A DNA stretch of 63,757 bases, filler included, from Choristocarpus tenellus KU-1152 (taxonomy: Eukaryota; Protista; Phaeophyceae), in assembly GCA_964200185.2 (NCBI GenBank). It is 12 parts of 12 records of this genome, joined end to end, with 100 filler letters (N's around TTAATTAATTAA, not from the genome) between each part and the next. Parts side by side here need not be neighbours in the genome. Positions count along the whole stretch, not along the records: positions 1 to 4,057 come from CAXNAD020016443.1; positions 4,158 to 6,986 come from CAXNAD020024376.1; positions 7,087 to 10,026 come from CAXNAD020023501.1; positions 10,127 to 16,289 come from CAXNAD020008790.1; 8 more parts are not named here. One strand, written 5' to 3'. The translations under genes were made by a program, and so were the position numbers. A model generated the notes under the pieces. It was not told the DNA's origin. It worked only from the letters and a program-made list of their open reading frames with translations, and did no database searches. The first letter of the stretch is position 1, and the number at the start of each line of letters is the position of its first letter. This document shows positions 1 through 13,243 of this stretch, in pieces.

Positions 1-2148
1 AAATATTTATAACTAGTAGAAGAAGACGTATGTATGTATGTACTGTATAGTACAATCTATAGTGTACCATACATATTATTATAAGAATACCAAAAACGTT
101 ACCGGCTCCCCCCCGGGGGGTCCCGTCTGTCCTTATACCTTTAACTTGGTCGAGGTCGCTTCCAAATCGTTTCTGTGCCCTCCACAAACACCGAAATAGT
201 TTTGAACAAAAATATATCCCATTGAAAAAGGGGTCCTTAAAAAGTGCTGGAACATAAAAGAACATATACTGCTAGCCCTTCAACATTTTACTAACATATT
301 AATCTTTTTGTTGCAGTTACTTCCGTATCTTTTCATTTATGCTTTTATCTATTTTGGTAGTTATCTTTTTTCTCTGCATTTCTGCGCTATTGTTGCATTC
401 TATATTTTTTTATTGATGTCACACACACATGCACACACACATATAGATATATACTCTGGAGTGCTTTTTCGGCTCTATTTTTTGTGTTGCATTTCTCACC
501 ATGGTCCTAGCATGCCATATGTTGCCTTTTCTCCACGACATCTGCCAAGCGTCTATGTGGCAAGTATTTTGATGGAATATGTACACCTCTGTTATATTGT
601 CCATCGCTATGCCACAAAAACGTAAGAAAACTGAAACCCGTTATATTGCCTTCATTGATACAGATTCTTTCAGTTATCTCCTATATTACCCTAGAAACAG
701 GTGGTGAAGAATTCATTGCGGAGCAAGGCTGAGTGGGTAGTACTTCCCAAGATTTGAGGAAGGATGTGGAATGACGAGTGGTGAGATGGCTGAACCCAAG
801 TGGGAGAAGCAAGGCGTGAATGGAGGCAATGCAATTTGTAGAAGTACAATGGTTACATATACGAGATGTAGTGCAGTATGTAGTGCTTATGAACACTGGT
901 TGGGCTAGTAGTTCACAGGCTAAAGTGAAGACAGTCATAGGTATGGCTACGCAACAGATAGCCGTAGTGAATCCTAGGTTGTGTGCTGAATACACCTCAG
1001 CGTGGGAGCCTTGTTGTGAAATGATTGTTGAGGTCATGATTATTTCAGTGCTTTGAAATTGTACCTAAAGCGATGCGGTGATGTTCCATGTTCATAGAGG
1101 GTACAGTTTGAGTGAGCGAGGGAGAACAAAAAATTAGGATGTCGAACCCAACAGAACGCAAAGCGTTGGTTCACCTACTAATTTTTGGCAAAGAATAGGG
1201 GGCAGTGAAAACACGAGAAGTAAAGATGTCCTCATGACCACCAAAACCTCTATTGACCCCGAGGAACAATGGCCAGAAAGAGTCGGAAGAAAGCGAGATT
1301 TTCTACGGAAATGGAAACAAGAAACGAATGAGCTTTAAGTCACACCCTGAGTCTCCTATCCTATCGTGACCCACAGGGATTCAATCCTCGCGTGCAACAC
1401 ATGAGGTATTGCCAGCGTACCTGTCATAGGTTGTATGCATATGGCCATGTACTTTGTTTGAATTATATGATAAGGTAGGGAACTTGAATTTGATCTGCTT
1501 TCCCTACTGATTCAACGTTGTCACTACGGAAAACATCCCTTTTCACTGTTTTCGAAAATGTTGACTCATGAGATACTCCGGAATATGTTTTAAGATATAA
1601 AGTGACTGCAGGTGAAAAATGTATTTCCCACCATATCACAATACATAATTAGCACATACCAACACCATCGGTTCATGCTGGCACCTCATTATTATACCAA
1701 AGGAAAAGATACATCAGTGGAGGATGGCAGTTACCCAGAACGTGAGAAAATTATTGAAAACGGGTCAAAGAACAATTCTGTCCTTCGTCGTTTCTGGAAA
1801 AAAAATCACACTGCATTTCAGAAGTTCAAATTTATTGCAAAGTAACCAATAATTTCTTCATGTGGACTGAGAACAGTTTATCCACTTGAAGAACCAATGC
1901 ATCTTCTTGCCCATGTACTTTGTACAAAATGTGCAACAAATGTGTGATGTTCCTTTTCACCCACCCTTGGTTCTATCGCAATCGGGTGAGGGTAAATCCC
2001 AGCAGGTAGAGAAAGGCTCTGGTGTTCGGTGCTAGTTCAATGCTTTCTTGTGAGAAACATGCTTACCACAGGAGTCCTCAAGGAGGGCGCTAAGTCAAAG
2101 CACTCTGCTTCACATGGCGGTTGATTCTGGGCCCCTTGATCTGCCTCA

Positions 2149-2407
2149 GAGTGATCGTATCTTAGAGGGTATGGGTTTTTCCCTGTTTGTCTATCTAAGG
2201 CTTGGCTTCCCACGGGTTTGTAATGACATTTTACTTACTCCAATGTGTCTCGGAAAAAGTAAAATTTGTACGTTAAGAAAAGGTGTGTCCGGAACAAGGA
2301 TATCGACATCTCCAAACAAACACGACAGCCAAAATTACATCAAAATTGCAACATTGGATTTAGACCCCCAAATGGATGCGACTATACCCTCTAAGATACT
2401 TTGACTC
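2149..2407 (+). mobile_element. MITE family 1 (~260 bp; TIR GAGTCAAAGTATCTTAGAGGGTA)
   Basis: 23-bp imperfect TIRs, TCA duplicated on both flanks; five copies on five contigs. Confidence 0.9.
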
Positions 2408-2716
2408 TCATCTACTACGTATACAAATCTAGCATGCACCCTCTGCGTGCTTTCAATATGGTTCAAGTGAAGGTTCTGAAGTGTTTTAGGAATCCATGAC
2501 ACCCGATACAACTGCAAGTGCCACAAGTCCAAAATACCTGAGATCCAACTGTGCTATCAACTGAAGCAACACTAAAACATGCCAAGGGTGTGTGTAAACG
2601 AAGGAATACAGCGAGTATCATGTAGAACTCGGCTGAAATGAAAATTGAGACAAAACTGTACCAAACACGTAGGCAGGGAGCTGCCTGACATCAAAGTTCA
2701 GATTAACAATAGCTGA

Positions 2717-2890
2717 AGACCAAAGGTATCTGGGGGGGGGGGGTCTACAGCAGTGTGTCTATTTTGGCCAATATCAGGAAAAGTGTATTTTCATTACCCA
2801 TCCGACGTATGCAAACCAAATCAGCCAAAAATCGCGACATAAAAATATTGACCCCAAATGGACAGCCCCCCCCCCCAGATAGTTTGAGCC
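2717..2890. mobile_element. MITE with family 2 TIRs but different interior
   Basis: agaccaaaggtatctg(n) ... c(n)agatagtttgagcc, TGA on both flanks. Confidence 0.75.
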
Positions 2891-4057
2891 TGAAGCATGC
2901 ATAAAAAAAAAATACTCCGGAGGATGCAGTGGTTGTAAGAGAGGTAATGAAGGATGCTCATTTGGAGGAACAATGCTTGGTACAAACTTAATGAAGATAT
3001 AGTATATGAAATGTTCCCATGGAACAAACTATTGTCTGCATTTGTTCTTTCATAGTCATTGTTGCCACATAGCCTAGTTGCTATGCCACTGATGTGACAT
3101 GGTACTGGTCGTGATGGGACACCAATTAGATGTGACGATACTTTCAGAAACAAGCTACACTATGCTGGGACCCAGTGGTCCATTTTTTTATTTCTTTCCT
3201 TTTTTCTAGGACAAGTGAGTAGTTCTAATGCTTTAAATAGTTTCAAATACTTCAAATGGTTTATTTTACTTTCAAAAAATAGGTTGCGTCCATTTAGATC
3301 ACCAGCAACCCTTTATAGTCGTTTGGAAATAAAGGCGTTCCTTTAGTCCATTTTGATCCTGATTGGTTTGAACAGCAACGCCAATCTTCTGTTGTCACAG
3401 GGATAGGCCTTGCCTGACTTTGGCCGGTGTACTCCAGCCCCTTCTCACACCCTGCAAACACACATAGTGCTGTCTGTAGAGCAATATTTATAACTGGGTG
3501 CTATGAAGCACAGCGGAGCACTTTGCAGTTGTATAATTCAATGTTACGCAATATTGTTTTAAGGTTCGTTTCCGATTGCTCACTATACAAGGTATCCACA
3601 TATCACATCGGATTTCGCAAGGGTCTATTTTAGTCTACAAAATTTTTGGAATGGGCTAGTGGTCGGACTTTAAATGCGAAGAAATATACTAAAATATATA
3701 TATATATTCCAAACAGCAGGAAATGCAACCTAAGAAGAGTCAAGGTTCCAAAACTGTTGACACAAGGGCAACACATCAGCACATTTTGAAAGGATTTGCA
3801 ACAAACTTCCCCTAACACGAAGCAAGTACAAATAGCACCGGTGGAGCATCTCTCCTATGGTTCAGTACTGACCTACCTACCACGAACAAGGGCTACAGTG
3901 ATCCGCAGATAGGAGACTTGATATCAAAATTGACATTTGAGCGGCTGACATGTTTCAACACCCTTTCTACACAACAAACTAACCGGTTGCTTTTACCCTG
4001 CAATCCCTGTTTCCCTGTCTTTCTTCTGGATCAAAGTATCTGGGGGGTTGCAAGGGG

Positions 4058-4157
4058 NNNNNNNNNNNNNNNNNNNNNNNNNNNNNNNNNNNNNNNNNNN
4101 NTTAATTAATTAANNNNNNNNNNNNNNNNNNNNNNNNNNNNNNNNNNNNNNNNNNNN
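4058..4157. other. Artificial contig linker (44 N + TTAATTAATTAA + 44 N); also at 6987-7086, 10027-10126, 16290-16389, 19580-19679, 23979-24078, 28732-28831, 37638-37737, 41143-41242, 48693-48792, 60100-60199
   Basis: Eleven identical 100-nt blocks; the central 12-mer places stop codons in all six frames, a standard contig-concatenation spacer. Confidence 0.98.
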
Positions 4158-7143
4158 TCATAGCTCACCCACTGAAGCTCTCCCCCCGCCCCCCAGTGAA
4201 AACTATTTTGTTCCCCCTATTTGAGACGAGGAGGAGATCTACCTGCTTGTCCCCTTCCCTCCCATCATCTCATGCCTCCCTTTCTCTGTAGGCTGTTGAT
4301 GTTTTCTCCTGCCTTTGCAAGCAACGGTTGTTGGACATGTTGGAGCTGCTCTCAAGTGGTCTTTGGTGCGATTCCATCCCCAAAAAAGCAATCCATATCC
4401 ATATCTTGTTGGCTGTAGTTTGTTGGGGAGACAATGAGTGGTCAGATCAGGGCATACATATCCCTTCATGGTGATGGTAGTGTTACATGTGAAGGTGAGG
4501 GAGGGGGGGGAACTTTAGTCTCTGGGAGACTAGATCACATGAGATCAGAAAGGGTCTTTTGGTGCTACTCTGGAGGAGGCAGAATACTCCGCCCCATTGT
4601 GCCTTTTTGTTCTCCGTTGTTGCCCTCCCCTGTCACACCTACCACATCCAATGGAAGGTAGGGATTAGTTTACATTTCATCCCTTTTTAGGCTGACTGTC
4701 ACATAAGACCGCTCTATTGATTTTCCCCAAGGATCTGTGGGGATGGAATTAGGTAGAGGGATTGCAATACACTGCTGGTTTGAGAGGAGAGGTGTCTCGT
4801 ATATCCTTATGTCTCACAACAACCAAGAGTTTGTCACATTGCTAAATATGTTCTGATTGTGACGAGTGTATGCCATCCCTCTCACTTAGCAGGGAGGTTT
4901 AGTGGGGGATAGGGATTGATAGTCTCCTCAAGCTCAAGGGCATAGAGCTGGTGTGCAGAAAGATGACTCTGTAGTCATGACAACGGATGAGAGAGGTTTT
5001 GTCAGATATATTTTTGGCAATACCCCACACAGTGCAATTATCCGCATATGTGCATGTATGTGTGTGTGTGTGCTTGAGGTGGAGGGGGAAAGGGACGGAA
5101 GTAAGAACTGTGTCTAATGAGAGAGACAGGGGAGCTGTGGTTTCATTTTTCCTTCGCTGTCTCATTTTGTCTAGTACAAAACATTTGGTAGAAATTAGGC
5201 TCGCAAAGGGTGAATAGGTGGATATTAACCAGGTCTCGGCTTGTGAAGAAAGGTGGGCAATGAAAAGGATTATTTCTTGATACCAGGGTACGATTATCCA
5301 ACTGGAGAACGCAGGCATGCTTGTTGGGTTCTTGATGTTACCTCCCTATCGGTCTTTTTGCTTGCAGCATGGTGTTGATTTGTCTTTTTTGTAATCCGTC
5401 GGTACTGGCGACTAACTTGACTATTTGACGTTTGGTTACATACTACATACAGTACTTACTTGTTGTACATGCTGAGATGAAGAGAACAAAGGATGCCAGT
5501 CGTAATATTATTAGCATGTTTCAGTCAACATTGGGGGGCAGGGAGGTTGTAGTAGGTGAAAAGATGGAGGTGAATGTTCGGAAGTTGTGGGGAGGAGTGC
5601 ATGCATGGTAGTGGTTGAGTCGTACGTAGGGAGGGTTTGGTTGTGTTGGATGTGTTCATGGAATGGATTGTGGTGATTGTGGAGGAAGGGGGTTGTTCAC
5701 AGTGCTTGTGCGTGCTTGGTGTGAGTTTTTTTTTCATGTGAAACATACCATTAGTTGGTTTTTGTGAGCAGAGAGAGAGAGATACCTGTCTTGTTTCTGT
5801 CCTTTGTTGCGGAGTGAATAATTGAGGTGATAAGGAGTGGGAAGTGTGGGCAAGGTTTACGAGAAGAAGAGGGAGAGAAACAGTGTGAGTTCAGCCAAGT
5901 GAGGTATTGTTCACATGGATCGATTCTGAGACAGAGGCAAATGATTTCTTTATCTTTCACAGTGAACGAGCTGGTGGTGTTAGGTGGTGAGTCATTCGAG
6001 GTAGGATGAAATTTGGTAGACAGATCTGGCGACTTCTGGCAGGGTATGAGAGGGGGTCTGGATAGTGGATGGTGCAGGTTTTGCATGCAAGGCGGTGACT
6101 GTTGTTGCCTGAAACCCCTGCCCTCCATGAAATGCGCCTTTTCTTCTCCAGAGAGATACTGCGTACGTACCTGTGTATGTAGCTATGAACAAAGTTTTGC
6201 TGGTGGTTTCTTCTCTTAACATAAACGTTATTATGCTGCGTGGATTGATTGTCCTCAGTAGGCAGGTTGTGGATGAAAGGAAGTAGTGGTGGTGATGATA
6301 AATCAATGTTGCTTTTGAGTACTAGAGAGGGAGATTCAACTGCGTAGGTGTTTGACTTTGTTGTTGCTTACTGTTGAAATTGCCATTCCATTGGTCTTCT
6401 AAAACAGAATTATTAGTAATAATATATTACAGTCATGAACAATTAGTTACAATCTACACATGATGCAGACATCGACGGGAAGTGCCTGTTGAATCTTGCC
6501 CCTGTCTTGGACCAGCAGTTAGTTGTGGTGCTAATACAGCATACATATATACGTACATATTGTAACTTGTGAGACCAGCAGTGTATCAGGAACAGAGCCT
6601 AGCCACAGAACATGACATACATAAATGGATAATTAGTATGATCACTGTCACGTGATACTCCAGTGTACACTTTATATTGATCAGTGTCTATTGTTGATCG
6701 GAGGTACTACCTACGAACAGTGTCATGAGGCAGTTGACTGTGGGATTATCACTCAACTCTCTCTCTCTCTCTCTCTCTCTCTCCCACATAACTTCCAAAA
6801 TAGTTTGTGGGGCATATTTTGTACGCAAAATAGGCAGGTCAATAATACTGTTCCCTACTATTATGTACAGATGTTCAAGCATAAAAATTGAAGATGGAGC
6901 GTACTATTGAGGATGGTTTTGACCGAAAAAAAAAAAAAAAAAGTGTCGATATGTTTTTTTTTGTAAATGTTGCGGCACTTTTTAAGNNNNNNNNNNNNNN
7001 NNNNNNNNNNNNNNNNNNNNNNNNNNNNNNTTAATTAATTAANNNNNNNNNNNNNNNNNNNNNNNNNNNNNNNNNNNNNNNNNNNNTGGTGGTGGGGGGG
7101 GGGGGTGGGGGGGGGGGGGGGTTTCTGTTGTTTGTTGTTTTTG

Positions 7144-7180
<37 letters not shown>

Positions 7181-8400
7181 GGAACCAGTGATGGAAAGAT
7201 AAGAAAAAAAGAGATGGAAGATAGTGAACCACCAGGCCATAGAGCATTATATATTAAGATTATGTTACTTATTCAAGCGTAAAAGAAGATTTGTAGGATA
7301 AATAATCAGTTGTTGGATTATGTTTCGATAACAGGATAATTGGTAGGAAAGTTTTCTGTAGCAAGTGACACAGAGAATGAGCGACATGTTAATAGAATAT
7401 TAATGGTAAGGTGACAACTCCTTTTGAGCTTTGAGGTTCACTCCTTCCTTACACATTCCTTACTTCATGTACAACCTGTTCTGCATAATAAGGAATTAAT
7501 CGAGTTATTTAAATACACAAGTCTTGGGAACATCATTTTCTTTAACACACACATATATATATATGCTAAGGAAGTTTATTCAAAAGGAAAAAAGAGAGGA
7601 AACAAAACCGGTCATAATACACCAGACCCCAGACCCTTCGAATCGAACAGTATATATTTAACAGTATATATTTACTGAGTATCTGTCCTCAAGGATATCA
7701 GCAACTGTCTTTACTCAAATATTACTACCACAATAAGCTGCATCAACACTACAAATCACGTTATAAACACAAAGAAACAAAAGGACAAAACAAAACAAAA
7801 CAAAACAATACAAAAAAAGGCATACAGGTGGACACGACACAACAGTGTTTGAAATAAACACAGATTGATAGCACATAATAGTCCTAACCCTAACTCAAAA
7901 GGGCCGTATGTAAAGAGATGAGAAAGAAAAGGCACCAGAGCAGAAAAAGCGCTCGCGAGCAACAGGATCAGCAACAAAAACGCCACATCAATCCCCACCT
8001 GTGAATCAGTGCAAGACGGGCTTGTTCGAATTTTCGCTCCAAGGTTTTCACCCTAACATACATTTTTTCTTTGATCAAAATAATTTCAAACCTTTTGCTT
8101 CACATGTTTTACGTAATACACCTGACTACACTTTTGACTTTAAAAAAAAAAAAAATTGCACCGTACATACGTACGCACGCATAGTACACGCATAGTATTA
8201 TTCTTCTTTTTTTCTCGCGAATGTGAACTTTGAAGAAAACATGAAACGCACTTTTCACTACAATTCAAAAGCGACGTGCACATCGTCGCCAAACAGCGGC
8301 ACTACTCAGCGATAGAGCTCCAACGGTCCTCAAGACATCGGCACCTTCTTACTGAAGATGGCCACCTGGAAGGTACACAACGGTGCCCGAAAAAAGGCGC

Positions 8401-8431
<31 letters not shown>

Positions 8432-9395
8432 ACACACACACCATGCGACAAAAAAATAAGACACATGTACAGATGTAAGCAAGCACACATTTACTTCTCC
8501 CTCCCCAGACAGACAAGACCCTTTGGCAAGCATACAACTCTGGCAACAAGAGTGACCTGAGACGACAACACACGGCAATAGCAAAAAATCCCAGGAATCG
8601 CGTGACAGGCGGTGGTACTTCAAGGGTTCAGTACACGGACCGGTATTCAAAATAGCACAAAAAAACGCTTCCTATCGGCGTAAGGGGCGACTGTACGCAC
8701 AATACCCCACAACCCACAAACACAAAAAAAAAGTTACCACAATTTTTTTTGTCAGGCTAGTTAGTACTCTGGAGTTATACTCAGCGGGCGAGGCCTCCCC
8801 TAAAACTGTAAAAAAAAAGAAAAAGATGTCGGTAAGTAGGCCGGGGCTATTCACATATCAACGTTACAGCGAGTCCTGCAGTGCTATTATTGGATAAGAA
8901 TTGAAAAATAAAAATAAAAAATTACCGTGCGCAATTTTGAGAAGGAGATGTGAAACCGTTGGCCCTGCCGGACAACGTATAACATTAATGTTACGCTGTG
9001 TGAGGCGCACACATTCAAACCCCCCTACCGCAGCAGCGAGTGAACAAACACCACCTGTAACTGCCATGCAACACCTCCCGTGTTGCTACCTCCATTTCAT
9101 CCAAGAAACATCATCTGCGAGTTGGGCCCTACCCTTATCCGTTGGTACAAGTCTGCCTGATACCAACTTTCGACATTTACTTCCTCCTTGACTCAAAGAA
9201 CACTTTGCCTCTGAGATTACGGGGGCAATGGGACTGTTCCCAGGCGAACAAAATTCTTGGTGATCACACTCTTGCCTGCTTGCACACCACTAAGCACACC
9301 AAGCACACAGTGGAGTGACGCTGGAGCATCAGACCAGCATTTTGTGTGTGTGTGCGTGTGTATATGTGTGTTGTATGTGTGTTGTGCGCGCGCGC

Positions 9396-9437
<42 letters not shown>

Positions 9438-10126
9438 ACAATAGGCGCTTGTGAAGATATTGACAATTAAAGTGTTAGCAATCGCATGGAAATGGAAACT
9501 CACAAAAACAAAAGGGCCAACATTACACTACAAGAGGGGAAGAAGGGTGACACAGACTCTAATGGCGGTGAGAAAGTGCATCTCATCTGGACAGGTAGGC
9601 ATGACGTGTGATAGGGAGCTTATCCAAAAAAAAAGCTTTGGTGCTCGTGAGAAAGAAGGGGGAGGGGAGGAAGATGTCAAGCTGACACATTTAAAAACTC
9701 ACATGCCCATCCACAACTCTTTCTCAGAACATACTTCAGGAGCTTAGGACCCTCAGACCAACCCTCAGACCAACCCTCAACCTCTACTCAAAGTACAAGG
9801 GACTCCTGTGGCTCTACATCACCATTCACTACTCCAACTTCTCCCATTCAAACTCCAACAGGTCATGAATTTCAGTGCACCACAATCAAGGATACCAGTA
9901 ACAAAACAAGTAAACATAAGCAGACGCAGTTATTGAACACAGAAAACAGTCAATCGTATTTCGTCCTTCCCTGCCCCCGCCACAATCCCTACACTCCGCG
10001 CTTCTCCCTTTTCAACCTCACACCACNNNNNNNNNNNNNNNNNNNNNNNNNNNNNNNNNNNNNNNNNNNNTTAATTAATTAANNNNNNNNNNNNNNNNNN
10101 NNNNNNNNNNNNNNNNNNNNNNNNNN

Positions 10127-10727
10127 CACACTGCAACAGATGCTTCTCCACCCGTTGGGCAAACCACTAGGCACCGTGAAGAGTCCCCTCCAGGTCTTTT
10201 TTGGGAAGCTTGTGACCAGGTGACCACTTTGTTGCTGTCACACTGAGTCTTCACTGAAAATCGTATATCTGACTGTAGCCCTTCCTGCATCCTGTTTGAA
10301 GCATGTAGCCTAGGCTCAACATGTGATCGTCCCTCTTGTTCCTTCACCTTGTCTTCACCTACTGAGGTGATATCACCCCCCTCTACATCCTTCAGGGGTC
10401 GTGCCGAGTGTTCCACGAAACAGTCAGAATCCACTTGTGCACAATAGAAATGACACTCATCAGGGCTAGCACCTATATCGAGGTTAGAGCTCGAGACAGG
10501 GGGGGCAGCAGTGGGCACAGCTACCGTTGGGATGGTGTCCTTGTCCAGGGCAGGTGTCTTGTGATTTGTGCCCAGGTCACCGACGCATTCGGCAATGAAG
10601 GTTAGGGCTTCAGGAAGTACTACCTTCTTCCAATGATGACTGGGATTAGCTCGCTTTCCTGAGAGGCCCATACCATCCGCAGCGGGTGAGTGAATGAGAT
10701 CCCAGAGGGTGGGTAAAGGATGGGAGC
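10127..10727 (-). CDS. Probable internal exon of an unidentified gene
   Basis: About 200 open codons running into the contig end (..LPTLWDLIHSPAADGMGLSGKRANPSHHWKKVVLPEALTFIAECVGD..); no domain recognised; acceptor position uncertain. Confidence 0.4.
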
Positions 10728-11702
10728 TACATCATTGATCTGGCAGCATTGTGTCGAGTTTTAGCAACAGCCCAGTTCACTCTCTGTACAAATATTGTTA
10801 CTTTCAAGTGAGCCGTGGAGCCTAGACACCTAAAGCATAAGCAGAAAGGTTTCACGGGTCAACGCAATACACTTGCCCATGGCAAAGCCACACTACTCCC
10901 ACAGAGTTTGGTCCGTGTCAGTGCAATAATGTAGGCTCTAGTGTTGCAGTGGAAAGTTCTACTATTTAGAATATCATCAACACAACTCTCACAGTTACAG
11001 ATGTCAATGTTTTCTACGATCAGGACAGAATACAACAAAAGATACATAGCACGTTGACTATACAGTTTAGCTCCTACTAGCAATGAGGATATCCCTTGCG
11101 TTCTACTCCAAGTACATGTTTTGTAGCTCAAGAGCAAAACCAAAGAGCCTCAACCATAACCCGTTTTTCTACAAGTCTTCAAATTTAATAGAAACTCAAA
11201 GTCTACTCAATCAAAATTGGTGCAGATCATACTCATCTTCAACCCTTCTTTTGCCATTCAAATTTGCAACATTACCACAAACTATTGAGTATCGTCATTT
11301 ACTCTTAATGCCATTTTTAATGCCCGCTCCTTACAATAGCACCCACTCTCCATGCACTACACCTCAACCTGGAACTCTGCAGGGATTAGGTTTCATGAGA
11401 AAGCTCTTCACTCTCACTGGGACGTCAAACTAGGTGGAGGTTGGGCTATGCTTACTCTCTCACCTGCATTCCATGGGATGTGGAGGTACCTTCTTCCATG
11501 CCCTCCCTCCTCAAGAAAACCTCTTGGCAATGCCTGGTCACTGACATCAAGCCAAAGAAAAGAGTAGATATCAAGGGTTATTGCTGCAAGATGTCAATAG
11601 GTTATGTAAGCCAGGTTTGGTGGCTCGGGGTATGAGTAGGTCATGGGGAACAGCTCCTCTAATACATTAGGAGCTAGGGATCGCTTGGAGTTTGAGGTGT
11701 GT

Positions 11703-11958
11703 GAGTCAAAGTAAACGAGAGGTACCCAGTTTTTGACCGTTTCGCATTTAAGACAGGTTTCAATCTTTTGCAACTAACCCATATTTCTATGGATGAAGTA
11801 CTATGTTTTACTTAGGGTTTATTTGTCTATTGTTTGAAGTATTTTGACATAATTTGGAAAACTTCACACTTTTGTAAAAAATAAATAAATCGAATTTTGC
11901 ACATATTTGCCAATATCCTTAAAATGCAACTCTGGGTACCTCTCACTTACTCTGACTC
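11703..11958 (+). mobile_element. MITE family 3 (~255 bp; TIR GAGTCAAAGTAAACGAGAGGTACCCAG)
   Basis: 27-bp imperfect TIRs, TGT duplicated on both flanks; second copy 56231-56439, internal fragment about 32940-33040. Confidence 0.88.
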
Positions 11959-12982
11959 TGTCCATGTATGTTCTTTGGACATGTTGCCACCATACCCACA
12001 CCGAGCATGTGCACCCAAGGCAACCTTATCAACCACTTGATATCAACCTTATCAACCACTTGATCCTGCCAGACCTTGCACAACGTCTACTGTAAATCTT
12101 GTACTAGTAAGATATGTCCGCCCCTCAGGAGAAAGATACACATAGTTCAACTGTGCCTCCTAGATATAAAAAATCCCCTCTTTAGTAACACAACAATGGC
12201 CTTAGTCAGAATAGAAATATAGCTTGGGATATTGTCAGTCCCACAGTTTGAGAGAATTATAAATAACTGCCACCAGGGAAACGCCGAACACCTAAATCTC
12301 TCCAAAAAATCAGCAGCACCCCAGGCCCTCCCAAGGTGTTGGGGTTGAGGCAATGAGGCTTTGCTGCCTTGTTGGACAGTGGTTGCACTACTGAAAGGGA
12401 TGTGGAACAATGTTGTATCACCTATGTGCCCAGCAATCTATTATTGAGTTTGACGTGGAAGATCTTTGTGATGCTTGAGGTGTGAAACAAGGAGGAAACC
12501 CATGAGCTTAATTTAGGCATTGGATCGGGGTTTGAGTTTGGGATATTGTACGTGCAGGAGGAGGGGGTAGTGGAACCCGATAATATGGCAGTAAATCTTA
12601 CCTGCAATACACGGATAGAGCACTAGCACAAGGGAAAACACTAGTTTACACTGTGACAATTGTGTGTGCAGTCCAGGGATGAAAGTTAGACTTGCCACAC
12701 TTATTAACGCTAGTCAAGGTGAACATTGCATGGGTCTTTGCAATATGAGCAAAATTTTTCATGCATGAATCGCCATCAAGGCCAAGTTTTAAAAGCCATC
12801 TCAGTGTTGCTACATTGGAAGCCTTCATTGCACGCGTCTCTTGCCAGCCAGTCCAGGGGGTTTGATTGAGGGCCAAGACCTTGGACAACTTTCTCACGCA
12901 TGCCGTCAAAAGATCCCAGGACTGGTGCAAACGTAGATAGGTTTAACACTGTTCCCAGGAGAGGTACTGTAGGAAGAGTGCA

Positions 12983-13243
12983 GAGTAAAAGTATCTCAGA
13001 GGGTACGAGTTTTTTCCTGTTTGTCCATTTGGGGCTTGGCTTCCCTCAGGGTTTTTTTTATGATATTTTCCTACTCCAAAATATTTCGGAGTAGGTACAA
13101 TGTATACGTTATGAAAAGGTGTGTCCGGAACAAGGATATTGACACTTCCTAACAAACACGATAGTCAAAATTACATCAAAATCGCAACATTGGATATGGG
13201 CCCCCAAATGGACACGGCTCTAACCTCGAAGATACTCTAGCTC
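12983..13243 (+). mobile_element. MITE family 1 copy
   Basis: Full-length similarity to 2149-2407; TIRs present; flanked by TGCA on both sides. Confidence 0.9.

Noticed and set aside
1370-1400. GGGATTCAATCC resembling a tRNA T-arm or SINE B-box
   Set aside because: No cloverleaf or A-box could be built; no tRNA or rRNA was recognised in the window.
1500-1600. - strand SHESTFSKT resembling the hAT dimerisation motif ERxFS
   Set aside because: Too short and degenerate to support.
3100-3170. GRDGTPIRC resembling the Harbinger DGTH motif
   Set aside because: No downstream DDE motifs; surrounded by stops.
4058-4157. Recurrent TTAATTAATTAA palindrome and ORFs ending in X..LIN
   Set aside because: Assembly spacer artefact.
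8305-9275. Possible terminal exons on the - strand (acceptors near 8376 and 9276)
   Set aside because: Plausible splice signals but ambiguous frame and no homology.
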